In this document: positions 13,000-27,002 of the stretch, one piece after another
Layout of the letters: every line of letters starts with the position of its first letter
Position numbering within the stretch: position 1 is the first letter of the stretch
Assembly: GCA_951406725.2 (NCBI GenBank)
Contig: OX597814.1
Coordinates: 30,938,001 to 31,002,000, forward strand
Length of the DNA: 64,000 bases
DNA from: Octopus vulgaris
Taxonomy: Eukaryota
Reading direction: 5' to 3'
Notes under the pieces: generated by a model
Databases searched by the model: none
What the model saw: only the letters and a program-made list of their open reading frames with translations
What the model was told of the DNA's origin: nothing
Program-made: the position numbers and the translations under genes

Positions 13000-14530
13000 G
13001 ATTTATTTTTCAATTCATTTTGTCTAAAAAACAATGTTGAGAATGGTATGTAAACAAAAAGTGTACAGTTTACAGGTTCATAGACGCAATCAAATAAAAT
13101 TATGGGATCTCTTCTTGGAAGTCATGACATCACTAAGCCAACATTTTCCCCTTTTGATGTCAGCTTCATTTGAAATAGAAAATAAAGAAGTGACTGTTCT
13201 TCGTCGTGATGAACGATACAATATTCATAAAAGAGTCTACCCTCTTCGTGAGAAATGAATTTACATGAAAAGTGGTCCTTAACTAAGCTTGGATGACACA
13301 GTGAATATTTTAGTATACAGTGGTATAGATTTTATGAAATATGATACAACAGACATAACGGTTTTAAATACAAATACGAAGTACAGAGATTATTAAACTT
13401 GGAGCACACGAATTTCAGTGTAAAGCAGTTATATGCGATACCAAATAGAGATGTCCCGTGACTGCGTTTTACTTCAAATCATGCTTTTTGAATAGACAAG
13501 AAGCTAATCGTATGTTAGTGTATTCTCGTCATCCTGAGGCAGAACACTGATTATGTTGACTTTTGTATTTATCTAAATGTATGTCATTTGATAGTTGATC
13601 TGTTTTCAAAACATAGGACTAATACATTAAATGAAAAAAAATAGTAGTATGCCCTTGAATATAACGATAGGTATCACTAGTAATTTGCTGCTTGAAAGTA
13701 ACTGAGCGCTGAATTTGCTTTAAAAGTAGCATTGATGATATAATGCAAAGGCAATTTGAACAAAAAACACAAACAAATTAAGAGATTCACTGGAAATATT
13801 GCTGGATTGTACAGAATATTTGACTTCTTAGAATCTTGCTTTTTCTTCGTCATACAGAGGACATGCACTCTAATGAAAACCTTGGAAATTTTGATGCTAT
13901 TAGCAAAGTAATGAGAGAGTATTAACAGATTTAAGAATGAAGCAAGCGTTCGCATTTTTTCCCGGAAATTCAGAATGCAGCTATACATGTCACAGCTACA
14001 TGTGTGCACATTTTTTTGTTAGTAATTTGTAGAAGCAAATTCTATGGTACTCTCTTTGACCACATACGTGATATTGCCAATCAGGAGCAATTATTTCAAG
14101 CTCAAATGACTTGACTTGTTGACACTAATTTTAAGCCAAGAAATTAGATGTCAAATAGTCATTTACTTTTAAGGAAAACAGCTACCAATATTGAGAAACG
14201 ACTAAGCTCCAGAGTAGAAGCTTTTGAAATATTATTGAAGGATTGTTGCTCGAAATATTACAATAATTCTGCTGTCATGTTAAAGAAAGCAGCTACAGAT
14301 CTTGATTCGTTGAAAGATAATTGAATATAATCGCATGAAAAGAAGTGTTCAAGAAACTCTTAATGCGAACAAAAATCAATGGGAAACATAGGGATTGACA
14401 ATTTAATTCGTAAACAACTGAATCGTGAAAATGTAGTTGATGCTGGATTAACGGAGGAACAGGGAATTTGTCGCATCGTGAAAGTTGTTATTGATTACTT
14501 GATTACAGAAATAACTCGAATTTTTTTTGC
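13000..14530 (+). pseudogene. Highly decayed hAT-family transposase relic
   Basis: Scattered hAT-like peptides in the expected order: DTTDIT (~13345), IEKRLSSRVEA (~14190, cf. TRWSSR), and an ID..I.EI.R-like stretch (~14490). Many stops and frameshifts. Confidence 0.35.
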
Positions 14531-14660
14531 ACATTTGCGTTTTCCGCATGTCTTGTAAGACTATGATTTTTGCATCTGAGAGCACTTCTCCTAGACCCGG
14601 ACGTAGAAAGATTTGTTATAAAAAGTCAACTACTTTCCATGCAGTCAAGTCACATCTATA

Positions 14661-15181
14661 CCGTAAACCTCGAGTATAGTCCGCCCTGGAGTATAATACG
14701 TAGGGGATTTTTAGAGGGCTGTACCTCCGAAAAACCTAAACCTTGTGTATTATACGCACCCCTTCTCTAACTTGAGTCATGCGTAATTAAGCCAGCAGCA
14801 CCTAGTCGAACAAACACTTCTGTGCATGCGTAATACAATAATTGTGATGTTCTTAACTGTTATATGAGAATGTAAATATGTTTGCAAATTATTTTTGTTA
14901 CATGTTATTCTGTGTTCTGAATACTTTTATTTTAATAAACGTTGCTTACTGCAAGTTATGGATTATTCTTTTATGACTTCATTGCTTTCAGGCTTAGCTT
15001 AAAGTATTTTCCTGACCGACATCACAAAATGCGTCTGAATAAACATTGACGGACAGCAAATAGAGACTCGGACATTGCTTAGAAAATATTTTTCATTTTT
15101 AACCTCGTATATAGTACGCACTAGGGATTTTGGCCTTTAAATTTTGGGAAAAAACTACGGATTATACTCGAGGATTTACGG
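14661..15181. mobile_element. Non-autonomous Tc1/mariner-pogo type MITE (521 bp)
   Basis: TIRs ccgtaaacctcgagtatagtccg / cggattatactcgaggatttacgg, TA on both sides (14659-60, 15182-83), and subterminal repeats of a cct(c/t)gNgtatN(g/a)tacg motif. Confidence 0.8.
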
Positions 15182-16092
15182 TATCTATCGCCGATTGTTA
15201 TTCAAGCTTCATACTAGAGTCATCATAATATTTGTCGACAACGTAAGAAACAGGAACAAATACTATGTGTTTAGGGGCTCTGACAAAATTGCTACTTTAT
15301 TTACCGGCCATAAAGGGATAAGAGTAATCGCTGTTCCTCGTGGAATTTGAAGTTAGATCCTCAAGAGCAAGAAACAATAGACCTATGAAACGTAGTTTTT
15401 TATCACCTATGTTTAGGCTAAAGTGGGTTGGAAATAATTAAAACATTTCAAGAAAGTCAATACAAACGTATTTTGTCCCCGGGCACTGAAAACTCTTGCT
15501 AGGCTGATGAATTTTCATTGTAGACACATTTATGAAAGTGTAATATAACCGATTTCGTTCAGTATTTCATTTATATTTAATTTATCAAGCTCCGAAAAAT
15601 TAAAGACAAAGTCAATTTGGGCAGGATTTCAACAAAGGAATGTAATTAAATAAGACAAGATATTTTGTCTGTTTCTCACCAGACACGGAAATATATATTT
15701 ACTCTAATGAATACAAAGCCACAAATCATAGCAAAGAAAATTATAGTCGATTCAACGGACCGCTGTTTATCAGTTCCATTTTTCATTGGTATTTGACTGA
15801 ATGTCGAACACAGCCCTGGTGGGAACTTGACATTAGATTGTAATGAGTACCGAACCAAATGCTGTGTAGCATTTAGCTCGGTACTCTTCAAAGTTTGCAT
15901 CAATTCTTTCATTAGCTTAAAACTAATAACATTTTCTTTCGTTCTCACAATGTCATATATTTAGAAGAATGTTTACAATTGATAGAAGTGCTCCAATATA
16001 TATAATAGAAGCTTATTTTATAGAGGGTAAAGTAATAAAATGCTAATTCTAGTGTAATTCAAAAACAGGTTACATTTTGAATTAAGAGTGAA

Positions 16093-16132
<40 letters not shown>

Positions 16133-16135
<3 letters not shown>

Positions 16136-16332
16136 ACGTGATCACGTGACCGACCAGACCGTCAGATGTTGTTACACATCGCTGGTCACAATGCGTTTGC
16201 ATTGTTTTAGCCTTTGAATGACCCCACCCCGCTGGCTAAGCGAGCAGGCCAACAGAAGAAAGAGTGGGAGAAAGAGTGGTGAAAGAGTACAGCAGGGATC
16301 ACCACCCCCTGCCAGAGCGTCGTGGAGGTTTT

Positions 16333-16336
<4 letters not shown>
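16133..16336 (-). mobile_element. SINE family A variant with alternative tail A2 (5'-truncated)
   Basis: Family-A mid section joined to a tail ending in ...gtcggtcacgtgatcacgtgag. The same tail occurs at 36690. Confidence 0.8.
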
Positions 16337-16386
<50 letters not shown>

Positions 16387-16387
16387 T

Positions 16388-16705
16388 ATTTATTTATGCG
16401 CCCTTTTCAAGCCTAGCTAGGCTCATGGGCCCGGTTTCCCGGTTTCTATGGCGTATGTGTTCCCTCCAGCTGGACGGGACGCCAGTCCATCGCAGCGTTA
16501 CTCAAGAAATAGGAAGAAAGAGTGAGAGAACGTTGGGGCGAAAGAGTACGACAGGGGTCTCCACTCCCACCCCCCCCCTGCCTGAGCCTCGAGGAGCTTT
16601 AGGTGTTTTCGCTCAATAAACACACGCAACGCCCGGTCTGGGAATCGAAACCGCGATCCTCCGACCGCGAGTTTGCTGCCCTAACCACTGGGCTATTTCG
16701 CCTCC
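16388..16705 (-). mobile_element. SINE family A variant with alternative tail A3
   Basis: Family-A head plus tail gagtaacgctgcgatggactggcgtcccgtccagctg...gaaaccggg. A second copy is at 51549. Confidence 0.85.
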
Positions 16706-16715
16706 ACACGCACAT

Positions 16716-16748
<33 letters not shown>

Positions 16749-18331
16749 ATGCAACTAGTACTGCACTTTAGGTGTATGTGCGGGAGGTTCTTGTCGATTA
16801 CATCGATCCTAGTGTTCAACTGGACATATTTTATCGACTTCGAAAGATAGAAAGCAACGGCTACTCGCTGGATTTTTATACTGAGAACATACAGCCGGAG
16901 AAATGCTCCGAAATATTTTGTCCAGTTTTCTAAACATTCTGCGAGCTCGATGCCTTGGGAGGAAGCGTATAGTAGAATGGATTTATAACAGCATAAGACT
17001 GCTTCTATAGAGTGACTTGCAGAAGAAAGAGAAGTTGACCTAATAGGATTTTAACACGAAAAGCAAAACTAAATACTGCTAAATAATTATGTATTCTTCT
17101 ATTTTCACATCTTGTACAACCAGGCAGCCATATCTAATAATTGCATAATTCCTTTTATTGAATTCCAATATAAATTCAATCATTCATATCTCAACATACT
17201 GGGCTGGGAATTCAGTTAAACCCAGAGCTATTTGAACCTTGTTATGTGTCACCTAAATCCAAGTATTCTATCATATATTCTATTATAAACTAAACCACTC
17301 TACCCTTTGAGCCAATTATACCAATTTCTTGAATTTGTTAAAGTTGAAAACAAAATTAAATAAATAACTGACAAACTACACAGAAACGAAACAATTAGTG
17401 GCTAACAAATGCATACAAGCACATTGGGGCTGACACAGACTTACACATACATACACACACGCACCTTCCAAAAATCAAAGAGTGAAAAATCTTCTAAATT
17501 GGATGGCCGTTTGTCAAATGAGATTGATTTCCACAGTTTTACTTGAGCACCTGTATAAACATTAATTATTTTCATGGATTAATTATAGGCGAAAAACTGT
17601 TCCCACAGTAATTAGATGGCAGTCTTTTCGTTCGTAATATTATAGTTCTTTAACTTGATGAATTAATGAATGAAAAAAGAAAAACAATCTGCTACCGCGT
17701 AAAAAATCTTCCCCCTCTTTAGGATTAAACAAATTAAAAAAGTTATAAAATAAAATAATACGAAAAAAAAAAAATGAAAATAAAGCGTTGGAAAAAAGTT
17801 TCCAAAACGCTGTACTCACCAGGTGGGGTTTTTCCTATTTGATTAAAATGAAAAACAGAAAAGAACAAAAAGAAACGAGAAAAAATAAATCACAACTGTA
17901 AATCTTTCACCTGGATTGATAATTTATCAACATACTGGCAATTACACCTCTTATAATGATTTATATTTAATTAGATTATCAAATATTGGAAACTTCTATG
18001 GATAATGAAATTAAGAAAGACAAAATAAATGAAAATATTTAAAAGATGAAAATAGAAAAGTAACAACAAAATTGGTCGCTGCTAATATTCTATGTTTGGT
18101 GAATAATTAAAAAAGAAAGGAACTCAAACGAGTATTGTCGAACTAGAAAGCAGCTCGCTTCTGGCAGAGTCGGCGTCGAGGTTTCGATTTCCTGTGAAAA
18201 CGATTTCAAATTTTTTAACATAGCTAATGAACTTTGAGAAAAGTTGAATATCACAAATTCTTATTTTCCTTTGTGCATTGTCAAATCAATCCGAAAAAAA
18301 AAAAACAGCAGCTAATATTCTCCTCAAATTT

Positions 18332-18545
18332 AGGCGGCGAGCTAGGAGAATCTTTCACGCCAGGTAAAATGCTTAGCAACATTTCGTCTGACTGCGTTGT
18401 GAGTTCAAATTTCGCCAAGGTAGACTTTGCCTTTCATCCTTTCGGGACCAATAAAAGAAGTAACAGTGGAGTACTGTGGTCAGTCTGATCGACTTACACC
18501 CTCTCCTACAAATCCTGACCTTGTACCAAAATTTGAAATCAATAT
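18332..18545 (+). mobile_element. Older SINE family C copy (Meta-domain-like)
   Basis: aggcggcgagctaggagaat...gactttgcctttcatcctttcggg. Other decayed copies are at ~10315-10530, 16750-16960 and 39175-39350. Confidence 0.75.
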
Positions 18546-21494
18546 TCTCTAAAATTCTCCGGCTTAAAATGTCTTGAACATAATATGCAGTTGTCACGGT
18601 TTGAATACCAGTTGAATATTAATATACTCTAATTGTTTGTGTTTGGTGAAAATATAACTGTCTGCGTCTTAAGCTAACGTTGATCCGAATTAATGAGGCA
18701 TTTTCAGGTGGAAGTTGTTTTAACTTAATTATGTTGCTAATATCCTATTTCTGATTCCTCAAATGCTTAAAATTCAAAAATCAGCGTTTAAATAATATCT
18801 ATTTATTGAGAATAAAACAAGATAAAATCAAACTATGGAGATGATACTGGTGACTAGAACGGCATAAGAAGAATATTACTTCGTGTATTTCTAATCCTGT
18901 CATAAAGAGAACATATCGATTCTTTAATCATAACAATAACAGTATGTATAAGGGGCTTAAGTTTAACCCCCGGTTGTCCAAATCAAAGAAATTACAGTTT
19001 ACCCCTTCCAGTCTTTAGTTCTAATCGTAGTGCAATCAGGAGTGTATTATCCTATTTTCTTTTTTGAAACAAAACATTTTGAGGGAGATTTGGACGTTAT
19101 TTCTAGAAGATTGAGTAACCAGATCGAAGACAATTGGTTTCTTTCTCTTTTCCAACATAGTTTTTTTATGAGAACCCAGGATGTAATTCTCCTCTGCCCC
19201 ACACTTTGTTAAATACCGAGATTAATATATAATTGACAAGCAATGTAGTTTCACATGTTTCTAACACAAATAACACTAAAAGTTTCCTATTTTCATAGAA
19301 TATATTTACACTTCTTTAGCTCTTTAGAAGTTACAGAACATTTTGAGAATAAAGGTAGACGGAAAACGATCAATTTTTCAGTCATCTTGTCAAATCTTTG
19401 GCAGCAAGTTTCTTACAACGTTCGTTAATGTAAACGGAAAACAGTCTCCTGATAATTTTTACAGTACTATATACCCACCTCCTATCAATGTATACGGAAC
19501 GGTGTCATAGAAGATATGAAATATTCATTAATAGACTTTAGTTGTGCATGATACGGGTTTATACATACGAGGAGTGATGTCTTGTAAGATGTTTCAACAA
19601 TTATTTATGGGATTTTTCTAACAAAAATAGACAATTTCCTTTTAGTAAATTCGAAAAAGTGGTGGTCAGATCTAATGAATAAATAGAGGACTAAAAATGA
19701 TGCTTTTGATTAACCAGTATTCATGTAAGCAGGAAGTATTGTAATATAGATATCAATTACTGGTAAGCAACAATTCACGGTTTCAATTCTTCGTAAAACT
19801 CGTTTTACTTCACTTTATTCAAGTGATGCCGTTGGAAAAGGTATTGTCCTTTTAAATTTCCAGTCATTCCATCCAAACTTTAAAGATTCTGAGCTTAGTT
19901 ATTTTACTTTGTGAATTTATTTATTTCATTTGGTTGTTCATGACTAATAGCATCGTTGGTTACATGTTTGCAGTGACTCAATTGATTGTTCATCGCATTT
20001 CTAACGATGAGAAGGACAATCTAATTCGTTGCAGAGAAAATATTTCAAGGGACTTTCCCTAAAAAATAAAAAAATATACTGGATTTCAGTGTTTTGCCGC
20101 TATTTATCTTGATCACCGTTTTACCTCGAGAAATGAGATACAGAGACACATACGCTAACATGTTCGCCCACGCCCATACATATATACACATACACATAAA
20201 CAAACTCACGTACACATATGAACGGAATTCTATACAGTTTCCTTCTACCAAATTCCATTGGCAAAATATTCTTTCACCCAAGTTTACAGTAGAAGGCGCT
20301 TGCTCAAGGTACCTTGAAGTGAGATTGAATCCGAGACATGTCCCTGTCTCAATACCGCTAGTTAAATTACAATAGATTTCTTTAATTAGGAATCCTTGCA
20401 ATGAACATGTTAAATTTCCTTGTTTTGATAGAATGACTAATAAAGTTCTTATTCCTAACGGAAATATGTTCTGAGATGGCATATTAACGTTACAAAATCA
20501 CACTTTACATCCTATCGTCGGGAAACAATGACTGTGTCTAATCAAAGTGAAGCACTAGTTTATGAGATAAGAGGGATAGCAACATCGAATTGCTCGTTAA
20601 TTGTTAATCAAGTGTATCAGTGAATGAATAAATTCGTTTCAAAGTAAGGGTGAGACAGAATAAGGGCAACAGTGACGTAAATGAAGATATGTGCTTGAAA
20701 CTGGAACAAAGACAATTTTACTAAATAAAGGAAAATATGTGTTTTTTTTAACTGAACATGAAAATATTCAATATATTAATTGATTTGACCGTGTCCGTTA
20801 TTTTATAGTTTCCATATTCATGAAGATCCAGAGAATAACAAAACTAAATAAATCATACCACAACTGCTTTCATCTCGTTTTGAAATAGAAATATATAAGG
20901 TAGTTTGCTTCACTGAAAATGGCAATGAGTGCTATATAAAAACGAATAGAAAACTAAAGAGTAGTGAAGTAAGAAATATGTAAGTAGAAAATAATATATA
21001 CAATATAGGTACAAGAACATCAGTTTTAAGGAGGAGGGATATTTCGATACTAGGGCTTTACAACGGTATTTTACCGACCTCGGCGTGATTTGAGCTTAAA
21101 ACGTAAACAGCCGGCAGAAATAACACAAACCCTCGACGATCTAATTGTTCTGCCTTATAACGATAAACGTCGCCCTAGCCAGGCTCATATTTGTATCGTC
21201 AATAAAATAATATGTGGAACACATGGATTTGGAATTGAATTCAGTTGGAAGTGGATTGATTCTGTTGACAAAGTACATTTTCAGACATCAGTAATAAACT
21301 TTAAGAATGATTTCTGTTACTTTTTACTCGCAAAGGCGAAATGTACCATATGTTTTCTGCTAATCTTTAGAGGGATTAAAGGGAGATATTGATGTATTAA
21401 CAAGCCAATATGGGTGTCTGTAGATGGTGGTTAAAAAAACAAAAAACTAACAGTCTGCTCCAAAAATTATATTTTGCAGTCTAAAGTAATGGAT

Positions 21495-21875
21495 GGAAGC
21501 ACTCCGTCGGTTACGACGATGAGGGTTCCGGTTGATCCGAATCAACGGAACAGCCTGCTCGTGAAATTAACGTGTAAGTGGCTGAGCACTCCACAGACAA
21601 GTGTACCCTTAACGTAGTTCTCGGGGATATTCAGCGTAACACAGAGAGTGACAAGGCCGGCCATTTGAAATACAGGTACAACAGAAACAGGAAGTAAGAG
21701 TGAGAGAAAGTTGTGGTGAAAGAGTACAGCAGGGATCACCACCATCCCTGTCGGAGCCTCGTGGAGCTTTAGGTGTTTTCGCTCAATAAACACTCACAAC
21801 GCGCGGTCTGGGAATCGAAACCGCGATCCTATGACCGCGAGTCCGCTGCCCTAACCACTGGGCCATTGCGCCTCC
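21495..21875 (-). mobile_element. SINE family A
   Basis: Full length. 16-bp TSD gcagtctaaagtaatg at 21476-21491 and 21876-21891. Confidence 0.92.
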
Positions 21876-22464
21876 GCAGTCTAAAGTAATGAACCCCATA
21901 TTGAATAATGTCTGAGGTACACTCTATGAAAAATAACAGGATAATCATTATTGGAACACTTTTGAAGATAGGTCTACTCGACTTGGGTTGACATGAGGAA
22001 AGGTAGCAAAGAAACCAAAACAAAAACGGACGTATTATATTGAAGTAAACGAAAAATAACCAGGGAAGGATGGAAAGATCGTTTGTAATTTCAGGCGTAG
22101 CTGTCTTGCTTAACAAGCTCGCTTTCCATCGATATGATTTTGGATTCAATTATATTATGCTGGTGAATATTTTCTTGTCTAAGCGCAGAGAGCCCAAAGA
22201 ATTAGGAATGGAATTTAGAGGATGGAAATTGTGTAGAAGCTCATTTCAGGAACCCTTCTTTCATGGGTAAGCATGGGTGAAACAACTTTTAACAAGGGTC
22301 TACTCGATTTGGATTGACAGGGGTAACAAGAACTGGCAAATTAAAACGAACGAAAAATAAATGGTAACAGATAGATTTATTAAGATTCCTTGATTTAGAA
22401 ACATTGCATCACTTTGGGTGATTTTAGCAGGGGGCCATACTGTTGAAAGTATTTCGACTAGGTA

Positions 22465-22875
22465 AGACGGCGAGTTAGCAGAAACGTTAGCACGCCGGGC
22501 GAAATGTGTAGCCGTATTTCGTCTGCCGTTACGTTTTGAGTTCAAATTCCGTCGAGGTCGACTTTGCCTTTCATCCTTTCGGGGTCGATAAATTAAGTAC
22601 CAGTTACGCACTGGGGTCGATATAATCGACTTAATCCGTCTGTCTGTCCTTGTTTTTCTCCTCTGTGTTTAGCCCCTTGTGGGTAGTAAAAAATAGGTAT
22701 TTCGTCTACCGTTACGTTCTGAGTTCAAATTCCGCCGAGGTCGTCTTAGCCTTTCATCCTTTCGGGGTCAATAAGTACCAGTTACGCACTAGGGTCGATA
22801 TAATCGACTGAACCCGTTTGTCTGTCCTTGTTTGTCCCCTCATGTTTAGCTCCTTCTGGGCAATAAAGAAATAAA
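22465..22875 (+). mobile_element. SINE family C (MetaSINE-like central domain), internally duplicated
   Basis: Core gtcgactttgcctttcatcctttcggggtcgataaattaagtaccag is present twice. TSD tatttcgactaggta at 22450-22464 and 22876-22890. Confidence 0.88.
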
Positions 22876-23582
22876 TATTTCGACTAGGTATTCTGTTTGG
22901 AGATAACTGTGTTCCTGCCTTTTACTAGTTTCGGAAGTCCTGGTAAGCGACAGAGACGCAGTCATTTCTCTAAATGTAAAAAAATACCATGATACATGCT
23001 TTCTGATTTCAGTATTTTTTTTACTAACGTATCATTAAATGGACACAGAATGCAAAATTTGTATGTTAGTGATTATGTTTGACGGCATAAATCAAGTGGA
23101 AAAATCAGCACAAACGGCATGTACAATAGTGTACCGTGGGTTTCAATAGATATTAAAGTTGGAGAGAAAACATTCGCCGAAGATAGGGAATGTGTTGTAG
23201 AATGTCGTGTACACAGTCAAACTTAGGTAAAGAAATGTAATTAGACGAAATTAAGGGGCGATGACTAAGTAGAAGCTTCCAGATAAACATTTGTTGTCGT
23301 CGTTCTTTCTGATGTTGTTGTTTAACGCAAGGTCAGTCATAATCATTGAGGCTTATGATTTGCGTTCGATAATTTTTCCTGTTTGCTTAAGGACATATAA
23401 GTTTCCTTATAAAAACTGTGAAATATATGATAAACATTTAGACCCATCTGCAATTTCAGTCAGCACACTCCTTCCTCAAAAGTATTCTCAATATTCACTA
23501 ATTTAGAATCATAAGCTGATGGTGTTACAAGAATGGTATGAATTAACCAATAAGGGTTTAATTACAGTTCATCATTAAGCTT

Positions 23583-23995
23583 ACTCTTTTTTTACTCTTT
23601 TACTTGTTTCAGTCATTTGACTGCGGCCATGCTGGAGCACCGCCTTTAATCGAGCAACTCGACCCCGGGACTTATTGTTTTTGTAAGCCCAGTACTTATT
23701 CTATCGGTCTCTTTTGCCGAACCGCTAAGTAACGGGGACGTAAACACACCAGCATCGGTTGTCAAGCAATGCTAGGGGGATAAACACAGACACACAAACA
23801 CACACACGCATATATATATATATACATATATACGACGGGCTTCTTTCAGTTTCCGTCTACCAAATCCACTCACAAGGCATTGGTCGGCCCGGGGCTATAG
23901 TAGAAGACACTTGCCCAAGGTGGCACGCTGTGGGACTGAACCCGGAACCATGTGGTTGGTTAGCAAGCTACTTACCACACAGCCACTCCTGCGCC
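23583..23995 (-). mobile_element. SINE family B (CORE-like accttgggcaagtgtctt motif, central TA/TG microsatellite)
   Basis: Full length, matches 27249, 55448 and 56767. TSD taagctt at 23576-23582 and 23996-24002. Confidence 0.9.
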
Positions 23996-24215
23996 TAAGC
24001 TTCTTAATTTTTGGATTCCAAGTTTCCTCTAGTTTCAATTGAGCATGTTACCATGTCACTCCCCATGGGTACTGTGCAGTTCAACTGTGAGCACAGTTCC
24101 ATATTTGTGATTATCAACTTGAATATGTTCCAAAATTTATAAAATGTAACTAATTTTGAGAAAGATTTCTAAGAATTAAATAATATTTCTGATAATACAA
24201 ATTGCCTTATAGCAA

Positions 24216-24702
24216 AACTGTGGTGAATCGTGGGTTAGTGTTTAGGGTACTGCACTCAGGAACATCTGATAGTTGTTTCGATGGTTGGACAGGGCAATGC
24301 GTTATGTTTTTGAACAGAACACTTCCTTTCACGTTGCTTCGGTCCATTCAGCTGGCAGAAATTAGTAATCCTGCAACAGATCGGCGTAACGTCCTGGTGG
24401 TGGCAGACGATATAAGGAGCACTTATATCGTTGAGCGATCAACGGAACAGCTTGTTCGGGAAATTAACGTGCAAGTGGCTGAACATTCATTCCACACGAC
24501 ACGTGTAACATTAACGTAGTTCTCAGAGAGATTCAGATTGGCCCTTTGAAATACAGGTACTACTCATTTCTGCCAGCTGAGTGGACTGAAGCAACGTGAA
24601 ATAAAGTGTGTTGTTCAAGGACACAACGCGTCGTCGGGAATTGATCTCACGAGCTTACGATCGTGAGCCGAATGCCCTAACGACTAAGCCACGCGCCTTC
24701 AC
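24216..24702. mobile_element. Two opposed SINE family D pieces (+ 24216-24535 decayed; - 24540-24702 head)
   Basis: Similarity to 12277-12600 on both strands. Confidence 0.7.
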
Positions 24703-26544
24703 GGCGGGCGATATATATGGTAAATCCCACCCCAAAGAACGAAGAGCACACACACACACACACACGCGCGCGCACATATATATATTTAAAACCGAGGAGA
24801 CCTGTCTTATGGGTCTATGACAAAGGAAACTACACATGCATTAAGTTATCTTTTTGTCAGAATGTTCTTGTTGGACTTAGATTCTCGGAAAATCTCACAT
24901 ATATTAGAGGACGCTCTAATTCGATCACGGATCGTAAGTTAAGTAAGCTGATCGGCTTCAATTGGCCAATATCTATGGGGTTGAATGACGACAGTATCAA
25001 TTATTCTGTTTCACAAAATCTAGATAAATCTATTTTCGTGATTTTGTAAGCAGGTTTCCTACGTCTTATATAAGCTTTCATTTTTCTATTTAGACACCAT
25101 CTAACACTGGAACATAGAGTATGTTAAAGCACAATGGTAACCCCTCTCACACATTATTTCAATGGAGACATTGATTCTGGTTGACCGTACCGCTTCGTAA
25201 CACGAACGCACAAAAGACGAACAATAATTTACAGCGCCTAATAACATGTACATTGGCATTCAGCCTTTCAGTGACACACAAATAAGAATGTAGCTTTTAA
25301 CAGACGTGTAATAGTTAACAGTATAGTATTCACATTGCTATACAAATGAAAGGTCAGAAACATAGCGTTTATTGAATCTATCTCCTAAAATTTACAAAGT
25401 TTCTTTTGCCTGGAGTCTTGGCTGATACTTAGATTTATTTTCAGCACCGAAGAAAGGAATTAATCTGCCTCCTTTACATATACCTCATTCTATTGATATC
25501 TTCCTAAGCTTCTCCCTTACTACTTGATTATTATGCTCACTGCAGCATTCACCCTCACCTCACAACTATCGTCAATATTTTTGTAGCAGTAGAAATAGTC
25601 TTGAAGTCTAAAAAAGAAAATAAAAACCAAAAACAGTATGAAATTTGTTTACTTGAGTTTACATTGTTTATATTCTTACTTTCTCTCTCCAGTTTCACTG
25701 ATTTCGAAGCTAATCTTTCTTCACAGCACAATTATTTTTTACATTCTATATTCCATTCTTTAAATGACGAGACATATAAACTTCAAAAATATTTATGCGT
25801 AAACAGATTTAGAATGTGCAGAGGGGGAAAACATAATCACACAAGATTCTGAAAATTAGTAGCCTTAAGCATAAATATACAAATAATTAATAAAATAAAA
25901 AAAATAAAGATTTTTTTGTATAGTTTCCATCAATTATTGGCAAATATGAATGATGGATAAATTGAACGAAATAGAATGTTTTTCTTCCTTAGAAATTATA
26001 TTGACGCAGTAGGTACAATAAAGGTGGGGTTAAATAAATTAAGGAAATCATAGAAGAGTGGGGCGATTGAAAGTAAAGTAATATCAGTAGTAAAGGAAAT
26101 GAAAAAATATATATTGTAAAGGCAATGGAAAGAGAGGTGAAGAAAAATAGAGGGAGTGAAAAGGGGAAAGTGATAGAGATATGGATAGCGAAAGGGGATA
26201 TATAGCTAGACAGTGAGAGAAACTGACCACTCTATTTCATAGGGAGAGGAACAATAACGATGAAGAAAATATGTAATAGGATATGATACCAATAGAAAAT
26301 ATAGGATAGGTTTACAGTGTCTGTGAGTAAATATGGCTCCGTAAAAATGATGGAGGATATATCGAGTGAAAATTGGTTGATTTAATAAATAAAAGAAAAA
26401 TGAGGACGAGATGATGTATAAGAATGGTAAAGGAAAAAAGGGAGTAATGGGTAACCATGATAAAATAACGAGGAGTTAAAGATATTTCTATTATTTACAT
26501 TATATAAATTTGACGGATATTTGTCCTCATCTTGTTTGTTGTTA

Positions 26545-26588
26545 ACACAACGTTTCGGCTGATATGCCCTCCAGCCTTCATCAGGTGT
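26545..26588 (-). ncRNA. Minimal hammerhead ribozyme in a short repeat element (~26480-26640)
   Basis: Minus strand: acac-CTGATGA-aggctg-gagggcatat-cagcc-GAAA-CG-TT-gtgt. Helix III is reduced to the palindrome AACGTT. Confidence 0.75.
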
Positions 26589-26644
26589 CTCGAGGAAATT
26601 TCGAACCTGGGTTTTCATTCCTAAGGTATTTTTCGATGTTGTTG

Positions 26645-27002
26645 TTGTTATTATTATTATTATTATTATTATTTTCCTTCTTTCTTCAAATTTTCTTCCG
26701 TTTCTGGCACAGTGTTTTCCGTACACCTAGGGCAGAGGAGCTCATTGTCTGCATTCCCAGATTACACACGCAAATTCACAGGTAAAATATGTATTTAAAA
26801 AAAATAATAAATAAATATATTCATGAATGGGTGTTGTTTTGACAGCAATAATGCTCTTCTCAGTACATGAGTCGTTCCAGTTAACACGATTTATTGCACT
26901 TCCTGTAGGGATAGTAAGCCTGGTATAATTTTCAAATAGGTTTCAGTACCTCTATTTATCATTCCTAGAGATCCTACAATCACTGGTACTGTAGTCGCCT
27001 TA
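26645..27002 (-). mobile_element. R4/Dong-like RLE non-LTR retrotransposon, 3' end
   Basis: Minus strand translates KATTVPVIVGSLGMINRGTETYLKIIPG...LQEVQ*IVLTGTTHVLRRAL (R4-type C-terminus VPVxxGALG...ILRK), followed by a short UTR and a (TAA)n tail. Confidence 0.7.

Noticed and set aside
15505-15545. CTGATGA followed by GAAA (also CTGATGA at 4290)
   Set aside because: No complementary stem I, II or III; chance matches.
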